Source: a virus
Taxonomy: Duplodnaviria; Caudoviricetes
DNA length: 64,000 bases
Strand: one strand, 5' to 3'
IMG/VR virus record: IMGVR_UViG_3300042276_000119
Coordinates: 11,284 to 75,283 of that record
The translations under genes were made by a program, and so were the position numbers. Below are positions 45,534 to 53,358 of this stretch, in pieces. The notes beneath the pieces are model-generated. The model saw nothing but the letters and a program-made list of their open reading frames with translations. It was not told the DNA's origin and searched no databases. Position 1 is the stretch's first letter. Each line of letters starts with the position of its first letter.

Positions 45534-45764
45534 TTATCGTTTACCTTGTGCTCTTTCTTCAAACAGCTTGTCCAGTGCCTCAATAATTATGGCTCTCATC
45601 GTGGTGCCTTCTACGGCGGCTATGACCTTGAGCTTATTTCTGTAGCTCTCTGGTACGTTAACAGGTATTCGTATGTCTGCTCCTGTGCCGCCTTTACCTC
45701 CTTTGGAGTTGCTTTTCGCCTGTTCTAGCAGGGCTTTCAGTTCTGTGTTAGCTGTGTCTGACAT
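45534..45764 (-). CDS. ribbon-helix-helix DNA-binding protein (ParG/omega/CopG-like)
   Basis: Flexible N-terminal tail, then IRIPVNVP (strand), ESYRNKLKVIAAVEG and TMRAIIIEALDKLF (helices). GGAGG RBS. Confidence 0.82.
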   Translation of the reverse strand: MSDTANTELKALLEQAKSNSKGGKGGTGADIRIPVNVPESYRNKLKVIAAVEGTTMRAIIIEALDKLFEERAQGKR

Positions 45765-45803
45765 GTGGCCTCCGAGTACCTATCTTATCCGACAGATAGG
45801 CTA

Positions 45804-46154
45804 TTAAGTAAAGCTGAACCTATTACATCGCCTCGTCCTTTTTGACAGATGAATAAACTCGCTTCTTTTAATAAAGATTGTATCCCTCGCCAGAAATTCT
45901 GACTGAGACAGCATGGACACAGTAGCAGTGGTGAGGTCTATCTGGTCAGCTCTCACATTTGGCAACCGATTGTCGGATTCTCCCGCAGTGAAATTGCCGT
46001 AGACCTCAAGTTGGTAGGGTAGGGGTTCGTCGGTGTTACCTACGAATGTGACGCTTCCGTGTACCTCAGCCCACACTCTACCGTACCCGTCAACGCGGGT
46101 TTCCACGCTTCCGGGGCCGTCGAGATACTGGGTTAAATTGGTACACGAAATCAA
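45804..46154 (-). CDS. hypothetical protein
   Basis: TTG start with AGGTG RBS, preceded by an inverted TGTACAAATAG pair at 46177-46209. Confidence 0.55.
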   Translation of the reverse strand: MISCTNLTQYLDGPGSVETRVDGYGRVWAEVHGSVTFVGNTDEPLPYQLEVYGNFTAGESDNRLPNVRADQIDLTTATVSMLSQSEFLARDTIFIKRSEFIHLSKRTRRCNRFSFT

Positions 46155-46226
46155 GGAAACACCTACTAGCTATTGCCTATTTGTACATTTAGCTACTGTG
46201 TACAAATAGTGTAGATGTTTCATTAG

Positions 46227-46904
46227 TCAGTCGTCAATTAATTGGTATAACCAAAGCGATAGTTTATTGACAGTGTTATGGGATATTGGTGCGTATTTTT
46301 CACTCAGGTACGTGGCTATTTTTCGAGTGGATTTACCCTTTGCCCAATGCAAATCTGCGAGTTCCGCAAGCGCCTGTTGGTACCAGTCAGACTCCTGCAG
46401 GTACTTCACACCCTGCAGCTCTATGACTGTGTGACCCCAGGGTACGTAACCGCCCATGAACCGGCCTTCCTCTGAATGGGCGACCTTTACATCTCGGATA
46501 CGCTCGGCAATCCGACTGCGCTCAAAGTCAGCCACTGCAGCGAGAATGGTGTAGATCAGCTTACCTACCCCGTCACCCGTCACTTCGCCACCCATGTCCA
46601 TTATATAGAGGCGAATGCCTTGCTCTTTGAACCGGTTGATCGAGTACAAAGCATCTTCAGAATTGCGGAACAGTCGGTCAAACTTGGCAATCAGCAGATG
46701 GTCACCTTCCTTCAACAGGTTGATAAGTTGTCCACCGGCCGGCCGTTCAGCCAGTCGTACAGAACCTGACACACCTTCATCAGCGAAGTGCTGGTCAACT
46801 TCCATCTGCATGGTGGTGGCGTAGGCCCGCAAAGTATTCTCTTGCACCTTGAGGGACATGCCCTGGGTCCCGGTAGAAACTCGGGCATAGGAGTAGACGG
46901 CCAT
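46227..46904 (-). CDS. small serine recombinase (resolvase/invertase family)
   Basis: YARVST (catalytic Ser), D.GVSG...RP, GD.L...KFDRLFRN, A.FER..I.ER, GRFMGG..P.G and a C-terminal HTH. Confidence 0.92.
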   Translation of the reverse strand: MAVYSYARVSTGTQGMSLKVQENTLRAYATTMQMEVDQHFADEGVSGSVRLAERPAGGQLINLLKEGDHLLIAKFDRLFRNSEDALYSINRFKEQGIRLYIMDMGGEVTGDGVGKLIYTILAAVADFERSRIAERIRDVKVAHSEEGRFMGGYVPWGHTVIELQGVKYLQESDWYQQALAELADLHWAKGKSTRKIATYLSEKYAPISHNTVNKLSLWLYQLIDD

Positions 46905-46906
46905 GC

Positions 46907-47350
46907 CTACTGCCCCTGGCCGGTCAGGATTGACGACGGCAGTTTTGACACGCTCAGCATCCGGACTGCAGCGACCTCTGCATGGGCCTCTGCCCGGTAG
47001 CGTTCGCGGTCTACAAAACTGACTTCGTTGAACCCTTCTCGAAGGTTGCGCACCACCCTTACAACTGACTCAGGTGACAGTGTGCAGATGCGGGCAAGCT
47101 GGAAATGGAGGTAGGGGTGCTTGGCGGCATACTTCGGAGCGAACTTCTTGATCCACTCGATGTACTTGGCCGCTTTGAATTCGGTGATCACTCGCTGCTG
47201 AGCTTCTCGTTCAGCGTCGTACTTTTTGCCGGGCGGGATGAAATCCAGAGGGAGGCTCAGTGCTTCCAGTTCAACCATCTGCACCATGTCCTCAATGTCG
47301 CTAATGATTTGCCTTTCGTTTTCAACTCGGCAGTTTGGCATGTTCATCAC
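46907..47350 (-). CDS. hypothetical protein
   Basis: GAGGT RBS, ends 2 nt before the resolvase start. Confidence 0.65.
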   Translation of the reverse strand: MMNMPNCRVENERQIISDIEDMVQMVELEALSLPLDFIPPGKKYDAEREAQQRVITEFKAAKYIEWIKKFAPKYAAKHPYLHFQLARICTLSPESVVRVVRNLREGFNEVSFVDRERYRAEAHAEVAAVRMLSVSKLPSSILTGQGQ

Positions 47351-47504
47351 TTATGTACCTCAGTGTAACGGTGTAACGGCGGTTTTGGTGTACATCTCTG
47401 TCACCCCGCAAATGCGCCGTTACACTCATGGTCAGTTTGTACCAATGGTCTTCTGGTCGAAGGTGGGTGCCTGGGCCGAAGCCCAGGACTTTTGGAGGTC
47501 GCAC
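47322..47504 (-). CDS. small hypothetical protein
   Basis: Lies downstream of the 47526-47555 promoter. Weak RBS. Confidence 0.35.
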   Translation of the reverse strand: MRPPKVLGFGPGTHLRPEDHWYKLTMSVTAHLRGDRDVHQNRRYTVTLRYISDEHAKLPS

Positions 47505-47519
47505 ATGTCAGGGTGCTCA

Positions 47520-47555
47520 TGTACAAATGTACAATTGCACCTTAGCTATTGTCAA
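47520..47555 (-). promoter_or_regulatory. sigma70-like promoter with operator motif, upstream of the resolvase/RHH cluster
   Basis: TTGACA-18-TACATT. The -10 lies inside GTGCAATTGTACATTTGTACA. Confidence 0.6.
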
Positions 47556-47698
47556 CCTTCTTCAACAACTGCTGACAATGCTTCTCCAACTGCCGGCCAT
47601 CCTTACTCAACAGTTCTACGCCAGTGATCAAGATGCGCTCTCCTTCCCCGTACTAGAAGTACGGGGAAGGAGAGCGCGAACCGCGCAAGCGGTTCTTG

Positions 47699-47727
47699 TT
47701 GACAGGCTAAATATACACAGTTACTAT
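47699..47727 (+). promoter_or_regulatory. tnpB promoter
   Basis: TTGACA-17-TACTAT, with the ATG 6 nt after the -10. Confidence 0.75.
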
Positions 47728-47733
47728 TCGGAC

Positions 47734-48891
47734 ATGACTACCGTACACCGTGCCTACAAATACCGCTTCTATCCGACGACCGGGCAAGCCGAACAGCTTG
47801 CCCGGTCGTTCGGGTGTTCGAGGTACGTGTACAACCACTTCTTGCGGCTGCGTACCGATGCCTGGTACGAACGGCAGGAGCGAATAGGGTATACCGACAC
47901 CGCCAAGCTGCTTACTGCGCTCAAGAAGGAACCGGGGACTGCCTGGCTTCAAGAGGTGTCGAACGTCTGCCTGCAACAGTCTCTGCGCAATCTCGACACC
48001 GCCTTCAAGAACTTCTTTCAGGGTCGAGCCAAGTATCCGACCTTCAAGAAGAAGACGGCGCGTCAGTCTGTTCGCTATACCACCAGCGGGTTCTCCTGGC
48101 GAGATGGCCAGATCAAACTGGCCAAGCAGAAAGAGCCGTTGGATATCCGCTGGAGCCGTCGCTTTACCGGCACGCCTTCCAGCGTAACGGTCAGCAAGGA
48201 CAGCGCGGATCGCTACCACATCTCAATTCTTGTCGAGGAAGATGTGGCAGCGTTGCCGTTCAGCAAGAAGGAAGTAGGAATCGACCTGGGGCTGACCCAC
48301 GCGGTCATCACCAGCGGCGGCCAGAAGGTCAACAACCACCAGTATTTCAAGCAGTCCGAGAAGAAACTGGCTCGCGCGCAGCGCAGCCTGTCACGCAAGA
48401 AGAAAGGGTCAGCCAACCGGGCCAAGGCGAAACTCAAGGTCGCGCGTATCCACGCAAAGATAGCCGACCAGCGCCAGGACTTCGCGCACAAGCTGACCAC
48501 GCAGCTCCTTCACGAAAACCAAGTCGTAGCTGCGGAAAGCCTTCAAGTGAAGAACATGCTCAAGAACCGCTCGCTGGCGAAAGCCATCAGCAACGTGGGG
48601 TGGCATCAGATCACCACCATGCTGGGTTACAAGGCCGAGTGGTACGGACGAGACTTTGTTCAGATCGACAAGTGGTACCCTTCAAGCAAGCGTTGTCACG
48701 CCTGCGGCCATATATCCGATGCCATGCCGCTAACAGTCCGCGTCTGGGACTGCCCTACCTGCCATGCGCATCACGACCGCGACATCAACGCTGCCAAGAA
48801 CATTCTCAAGGCGGGCAAGGCCATTCTGGCCGGTGCCGACAAGCTGCGAGAGCACGAGCAGAAAACTACCGTGGGGCGCGCGGGAGGTTAA
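47734..48891 (+). CDS. tnpB: RNA-guided endonuclease TnpB
   Basis: RAYKYRFYPT...FGC.RYVYN, RuvC GIDLG / AESL / DRDINAA, zinc ribbon CHAC...CPTC. True start is 47734, not 47428. Confidence 0.95.
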   Translation: MTTVHRAYKYRFYPTTGQAEQLARSFGCSRYVYNHFLRLRTDAWYERQERIGYTDTAKLLTALKKEPGTAWLQEVSNVCLQQSLRNLDTAFKNFFQGRAKYPTFKKKTARQSVRYTTSGFSWRDGQIKLAKQKEPLDIRWSRRFTGTPSSVTVSKDSADRYHISILVEEDVAALPFSKKEVGIDLGLTHAVITSGGQKVNNHQYFKQSEKKLARAQRSLSRKKKGSANRAKAKLKVARIHAKIADQRQDFAHKLTTQLLHENQVVAAESLQVKNMLKNRSLAKAISNVGWHQITTMLGYKAEWYGRDFVQIDKWYPSSKRCHACGHISDAMPLTVRVWDCPTCHAHHDRDINAAKNILKAGKAILAGADKLREHEQKTTVGRAGG

Positions 48892-49029
48892 GCCTGTGGA
48901 GTCTGTGTCAGCCTCTGCGGGCAATCCCAAGGAGCAGCGGACTATGAAGCAGGAAACTGGAAGGCAACAACCAGGAATCCCCTTCCTTCAGGGATGGGGA
49001 GGACGTCAAACTGATCTCCTGTTCTGGCG
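48865..49029 (+). ncRNA. TnpB omega/reRNA scaffold plus predicted guide
   Basis: ACCGTGGGGCGCGCGGGAGGTTAAGCCTGTGGAG...GAAGCAGGAA...GGAATCCCC...TCAA matches the usual right-end RNA layout. Guide would be 49010-49029. 5' end approximate. Confidence 0.7.
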
Positions 49030-49130
49030 GTTCTTTAAAATCGGCATCCAACCTTTCAGGGTCGAGAGGATGCCAATGCTGCAACTGGTGTTGTTGTCGG
49101 CGCCGGTCGTGCTCGTCCAGCGCCCGGAGG

Positions 49131-49271
49131 TCACTTGCCTCCAGTTCGATGTCGATGTTCATCCATACCTCCGGTCTTTACCAACGGGGATAGGGCAGGG
49201 AGCCACATCAGCAGTGTTGCGGTGCCCACGATTGCGCTCGCTGTGAACGCGGCTTTTACAAATGGGTGCAT
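49131..49271 (-). CDS. 46-aa membrane peptide (not in ORF track)
   Basis: GGGAG RBS, MHPFVKAAFTASAIVGTATLLMWLPAL... Confidence 0.45.
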   Translation of the reverse strand: MHPFVKAAFTASAIVGTATLLMWLPALSPLVKTGGMDEHRHRTGGK

Positions 49272-49417
49272 CGTTTCTCCCGTTTAACAGGTTCTTGTAT
49301 ACGTGCCAGGTAGGTGTCGATCACAAACTCCCACGGCAGTTCTGGGTTGCTGGCCTTCGACACCTTCAGAGACTCAAGCATGCCGATCTGCACCTGCTTT
49401 ATCTGTTCAGTTGTCAT
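49256..49417 (-). CDS. 53-aa hypothetical protein (not in ORF track)
   Basis: MTTEQIKQVQIGML..., GGAGG upstream, packs against its neighbours. Confidence 0.5.
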   Translation of the reverse strand: MTTEQIKQVQIGMLESLKVSKASNPELPWEFVIDTYLARIQEPVKREKRCTHL

Positions 49418-49420
49418 ACG

Positions 49421-49699
49421 TCATACCTCCAGATGGAACGTGTTTCTGAGTACGCCTGCCAGCTCGGTCTTGCGAACCTGAAGGCTTGTTACCGCTCCTT
49501 GCAGTGCGATCTCACTCGTACTGCGGCGTTTCCCCAAAGGGATGGAGTCGCCTACCCTGTGGCCGGTGTACAGCGCCAAGTTGCAAGAGTTTGAGCGCAC
49601 TTTGGCTTCCAGCTCGCGCAGTTCATCGCTCAGCTCCGTGTACTCCTCCCACAGTTCTTTCGTTTGCAGGAAGCGATCGAGGTTCGGGGTCTCACTCAT
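49421..49699 (-). CDS. coiled-coil hypothetical protein
   Basis: Likely start MSETPNL with GGAG RBS. Confidence 0.6.
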   Translation of the reverse strand: MSETPNLDRFLQTKELWEEYTELSDELRELEAKVRSNSCNLALYTGHRVGDSIPLGKRRSTSEIALQGAVTSLQVRKTELAGVLRNTFHLEV

Positions 49700-50174
49700 G
49701 GTCGGCTCTCCACTCTGCCGGCACGTCATAGCCGGATTCACTGCCATCCAGGGTGTCGAGGATGCAGGCGCCTGGTACACAGGGGCTGGCCAGGCGACCC
49801 TTGTCGGTTGTGACGGGGGACTCGAAAATCCAGAAGTTGAGGGCTCCGCCCAGCCAGCTGGACTGATAAGAAACACCTTCGTAGGTGCCGGTGACGATCC
49901 ACTCTTCAGTATCTGGAATATCGTCTTCCCAGTCCTGGCAATTGTCTTCAAGCCAGCGCCTTGCCTCGAACGCGTCCTCCGGTGACGTACCTTTGGCAAG
50001 GAATCCCTCGTTAACTGCGAAGTTAACCATCACCTCGTTTTCTGTATGGTTCACTGCTTGCATACCATGCAGCAGTTCAAAAACCACTTCCTGGTCCAGC
50101 TGGTTGGCAGAGATGTAGCCGTAAGCAACCCCTGTTTTCGGATTGCGATTGAGCATTTCCAGTTGTGCATTCAT
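49692..50174 (-). CDS. early hypothetical protein
   Basis: Hairpin plus leader motif precede ATG 50174. Contains WLGGA and SPCVPGA. Confidence 0.7.
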   Translation of the reverse strand: MNAQLEMLNRNPKTGVAYGYISANQLDQEVVFELLHGMQAVNHTENEVMVNFAVNEGFLAKGTSPEDAFEARRWLEDNCQDWEDDIPDTEEWIVTGTYEGVSYQSSWLGGALNFWIFESPVTTDKGRLASPCVPGACILDTLDGSESGYDVPAEWRADHE

Positions 50175-50242
50175 GGTCGTTTCCTTTTGGTCTTTTGGTT
50201 GTGCCCCAGGCACCGTGCCGGAGCTGATTGGTTACAGACTGT

Positions 50243-50461
50243 TCACAAAAACACGTCGTTATCGAAGGCCCATTCCTCGGTTTCTTCGGTCAGGATGATG
50301 TAGTATTTCAGCTTTTCCGGGGCCACTTCATGCTGGGCCTGGCCAGTGGCATTGCCGCTATCATCCAGGGTGTACAGTGAGAATGTATCGTCCGTCTCCC
50401 ACCACACCTCTACAAGTTCACCACCGCAGCTAAGCTGGGCCTGGCCGACATACTCGTTCAT
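50243..50461 (-). CDS. acidic hypothetical protein
   Basis: AGGAGG RBS, coupled to the upstream stop. Confidence 0.6.
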   Translation of the reverse strand: MNEYVGQAQLSCGGELVEVWWETDDTFSLYTLDDSGNATGQAQHEVAPEKLKYYIILTEETEEWAFDNDVFL

Positions 50462-51351
50462 GCCGCCTCCTTCCATTCCTGTTCCTCTGAGCCGTTCACA
50501 ACGATCCGGTAGTTCTCCCAGTCTTCCGGCCAGTGATCCACCATGCCCATCTCGTTCCAGTCGGAGCCATAGTCGGCGCTGAAGAATCCCCAACAACTGC
50601 CAACCTCTTCACCCCCTTCAGGGTTGTAGCCCTCGACGTGCTCGTAGATGGTGAATCCGTATATCTGCCCGGTCAGGTACTGGTCATAAGTCTTGACCTC
50701 CCCTTCAAGATGCTTGCGGGCAGATTCGATCACCTTCTTGGTCAGGCGGGTGTTGCCACAGTTCTCAACTGCGGTGGTCCCGGTGCAGAAAATCCAGCCG
50801 ACCTGACCTGAATCCCAAGGGCAGGAGAAACTTCCGGTGGACATGGTGATTCCCGAGTGGTCATAGAGATAGAGAGGCAGGTAGATCAGGCGATTGTCAG
50901 GGCTGACAAGGTGCTCATAGCGGTCATACACTTCAAGGGCAGCGGCGTAATCAGCCGGACTATCACCGATCCAGAAGGGGTTCTCAGTCGTGCCCCAACC
51001 TTCACAGTGCGGGCACTCGGATTCCTCGTGCATTCCAGCGCTATCCGGCTCGGAACAGCCGCGAGGGCAGGGCACCTCGGCATCGTCAGCAGAGTAGTTG
51101 CCCTTCAGCGCCGGCCGGCGCTTCCACATGATGTCGTTCAGTGCGTTTTCCAGTGCTTCACGGAACTCGTAGGGGCCGTCGGTGCCGTAGGCACTGCCTG
51201 CCTGAGTGCGGGTCTCGACATCGCCCAGGTTGTAGCGGCTGTGCCAACAGGCCATGATGCCTACGTTGTCGTAATCAACACGCGGGTTCAGCGGGTCGCT
51301 ATCCTGCTTGATAACGATAGTGCGCTGCATTTTTACGGTCTTGGTAGCCAT
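50458..51351 (-). CDS. early protein with inserted zinc finger
   Basis: D.DP.NPR..DN.G, LPLYLYDHSGITMS, WDSGQVGWI, YL.G..YGF, SCWGF, with internal CPRGC...CPHC. Leader motif present. Confidence 0.75.
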   Translation of the reverse strand: MATKTVKMQRTIVIKQDSDPLNPRVDYDNVGIMACWHSRYNLGDVETRTQAGSAYGTDGPYEFREALENALNDIMWKRRPALKGNYSADDAEVPCPRGCSEPDSAGMHEESECPHCEGWGTTENPFWIGDSPADYAAALEVYDRYEHLVSPDNRLIYLPLYLYDHSGITMSTGSFSCPWDSGQVGWIFCTGTTAVENCGNTRLTKKVIESARKHLEGEVKTYDQYLTGQIYGFTIYEHVEGYNPEGGEEVGSCWGFFSADYGSDWNEMGMVDHWPEDWENYRIVVNGSEEQEWKEAA

Positions 51352-51380
51352 GGTCGTAATTCCTTATGGTGGTCTTTTGG

Positions 51381-52286
51381 TTACGCTGCAAACACCCTGA
51401 CGCTGTTATGCAGCGGTTTGTAAAACTCTATCAAGCGGTTCTCAAGGTTTCTTAGGCCCTGCAATTCAGGTCCATAGGCGTGGTCGTAAAAATGGATATG
51501 CACCATCGCTTCAGGATGTCTCTTCATTACATGCTTTAGCTTGTGGTGTTGTGCTACGTTTCCTACCCTCCTAGAAAGCATTGTTGACATCCCTACGTAT
51601 AGCGGTGTCGTGCCCTCAAAAACTATGTAGATACCAGGCCCGTCCCTGTTGAACCTTTTTAAAAACCTGATTGGCGTGGATATGTCAGCTAACTTGACTC
51701 CGCACCCGTTCAGCCAACCTAAAGATGGGACCTCTACCTCTCTCAGAGTCACGCAATTTGAGTCAATATGTGAATTTTTAGCTACATAACTGGCCAATTC
51801 ATTTTCAGATATACCTGAGCCTAGCTCGCCTGAAGACAGGTGCCTGACGCTATAAACTATAGGCCAGTGTCCCTCTTGCTTTTTGCAGAGGTGCCGCACT
51901 ATCTCCAAAGCCGTAGGGTGTTCTGTGCAGGGAGTCTCCTCATAGTGTTCTGTGCAGGAAGTCTCCTCATAGTGGTGGAACGATGGATGGCCAATTTCCC
52001 AGTTTCTTTCAATATGCCTTTCCCAAAGTCTAGGGTCGTCAACCCTCACTGTACTCAGTGAAGCAAACTCCTTGAAAACGGAGGCTAGTAACGAACTCCT
52101 GCTAAGTCTTGGGCACTTAACTTCCAAAAAGAAAGTTAACTCAGGGTAGCATCCTACCAAGTTGGCCTTTTCTTCTTCAAAAGCATCTACTGGCCTCAGT
52201 GGTGAATGTTTAACCGTTACCACTTTACGGATTGAGCCCGAGGGGCCAGGCTTGATTGTATGCGTAACTATGATCGCGGTACCCAT
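51381..52286 (-). CDS. C-terminal GIY-YIG nuclease domain protein
   Basis: PGIYIV......LYVGMS..L..R....H...E..LI....P.HN. Lower GC than its neighbours. Confidence 0.75.
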   Translation of the reverse strand: MGTAIIVTHTIKPGPSGSIRKVVTVKHSPLRPVDAFEEEKANLVGCYPELTFFLEVKCPRLSRSSLLASVFKEFASLSTVRVDDPRLWERHIERNWEIGHPSFHHYEETSCTEHYEETPCTEHPTALEIVRHLCKKQEGHWPIVYSVRHLSSGELGSGISENELASYVAKNSHIDSNCVTLREVEVPSLGWLNGCGVKLADISTPIRFLKRFNRDGPGIYIVFEGTTPLYVGMSTMLSRRVGNVAQHHKLKHVMKRHPEAMVHIHFYDHAYGPELQGLRNLENRLIEFYKPLHNSVRVFAA

Positions 52287-52296
52287 GTTTAACCCC

Positions 52297-52620
52297 TCAA
52301 GGTTCGTATGAAGTAATGCCGTGCTCCTGCAGTCGGCACAACCTCAGGTGCTTGTCTGCAAATGCGAGGATGATTCGGTTCTGGTCTGCAGGGTAGGCGT
52401 ACAGCGGGTACCGGCTGGCGTCTTCAGCGAAGGGTGAATTCGCATACTCCCAACGAAGTTGCCGGGCCTTCATCACCTCAACCGCTTCTGCTTCAACAGC
52501 GTGGCAAGGGTCCATAACAGGCTCTGGCGGGGCGCTGTCCTCGGTCCATGCTGTTGGGGTGAGGCCAACTGAAAAGATCGCCACGGCGGCGAGTAGCGTC
52601 CTCATGTGTGACTGCTCCAT
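52297..52620 (-). CDS. secreted protein, paralog of 57191..57511
   Basis: Signal peptide and C......A..VM.AR...P......FA......C pattern. Confidence 0.6.
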   Translation of the reverse strand: MEQSHMRTLLAAVAIFSVGLTPTAWTEDSAPPEPVMDPCHAVEAEAVEVMKARQLRWEYANSPFAEDASRYPLYAYPADQNRIILAFADKHLRLCRLQEHGITSYEP

Positions 52621-52976
52621 TGCGGTTCGTCTTCTGTGCCGTGGTTGATCAGGGCACCTACCAATGGGTGACCACCTTTGTGGTTGCTCAGGTTGAGGTA
52701 GTACCACTCGGGGTCGTGGATCAGTTTGTCCACGCCTTCAGTGCAGATGCTGTCCCACTTGAAACTGATCTCCTTGGCAATGCCGTTCTCACTGACATAG
52801 GCACGGCTGATCATCAGGTTCACGTCTTGATGGCACATCATCAGGAAGTTGGTGGCGTAGTCGAGGAAGGTGCGGTGGCCGTCCTTGCTGTGCTCGTTGA
52901 AACCCTCGGCATTTGCCATGTGTTGCAGGGTTTTGCTGAACACGAATTTTGAGTAGTCGTCTGCGAAAGTAATCAT
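52602..52976 (-). CDS. early hypothetical protein
   Basis: Leader motif and operator upstream. Ends GALINHG......WSSHT. Confidence 0.7.
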   Translation of the reverse strand: MITFADDYSKFVFSKTLQHMANAEGFNEHSKDGHRTFLDYATNFLMMCHQDVNLMISRAYVSENGIAKEISFKWDSICTEGVDKLIHDPEWYYLNLSNHKGGHPLVGALINHGTEDEPQWSSHT

Positions 52977-53008
52977 AGTCTTGGTCCTTTTGGTCATTGT
53001 TCCACTAT

Positions 53009-53029
53009 TGCACATTTGTACATTTGTGC
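53009..53029. promoter_or_regulatory. operator-like motif
   Basis: TGCACATTTGTACATTTGTGC in an intergenic region. Confidence 0.65.
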
Positions 53030-53079
53030 CTATAGTGAAAGCTCTTCGTTGTGATTCTTGCTTTAAACATTTCTCCATT

Positions 53080-53111
53080 CGGATGGGCTGACTAGCCCAT
53101 CCGGCTTTTTT
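53080..53111 (+). terminator. hairpin with T-tract on the + (antisense) strand
   Basis: CGGATGGGCT-GACT-AGCCCATCCG-GC-TTTTTT. Confidence 0.6.
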
Positions 53112-53299
53112 CAGTCGCTCTCCCTCAGTTCTGCAAACCCTACTTTGTTGCCGTTGTCGTCGAACAGCTTGCAGTGTTCACTGAACTCGTCCCGCTGCAG
53201 TTTCTTGCCAAGCTGGATCAGGATGCGCCCGATCTCGTAGTGCTCGTTGTCGTCAAACGCAGCGTTGCCGGTCTCGATTTGTACTTTGAAATATGCCAT
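53111..53299 (-). CDS. early hypothetical protein
   Basis: I.TGNAAF.....EI.RIL...L.D.NGNKVG. Hairpin and leader upstream. Confidence 0.7.
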   Translation of the reverse strand: MAYFKVQIETGNAAFDDNEHYEIGRILIQLGKKLQRDEFSEHCKLFDDNGNKVGFAELRESD

Positions 53300-53358
53300 G
53301 GTCATTGGTCCTTTTTGGTTAGGGATGCCCCGGCACATGGCCGGGGAGCGTTGGTTAA

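Larger units (their letters stand above)
47629..49009 (+). mobile_element. non-autonomous IS200/IS605-family element (IS1341-like, tnpB only)
   Basis: Left-end 20-bp hairpin at 47635-47677 after target GTGAT. Right end GGAATCCCCTTCCTTCAGGGATGGGGAGGACGTCAA. No target duplication and no tnpA. Confidence 0.92.
47542..49162 (-). pseudogene. 79-aa phage gene interrupted by the IS element
   Basis: Joining 49010..49162 to 47542..47628 restores one frame: MNIDIEL...EPPEQEIS|ITGVELLSKDGRQLEKHCQQLLKKVDNS*. Confidence 0.8.

Noticed and set aside
47428-47733. N-terminal extension of TnpB in the ORF track (487 aa)
   Set aside because: It runs across the IS left end and phage flank. TnpB homology and the promoter point to ATG 47734.
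46227-48891. Serine recombinase plus TnpB as one IS607 element
   Set aside because: The genes are divergent and separated by other ORFs. The recombinase lacks the N-terminal HTH of IS607 TnpA. The TnpB has IS200/IS605 hairpin ends that exclude the recombinase.
47814-48947. 377-aa overlapping ORF inside tnpB
   Set aside because: Alternative-frame shadow of a GC-rich gene, with no RBS or recognisable motifs.
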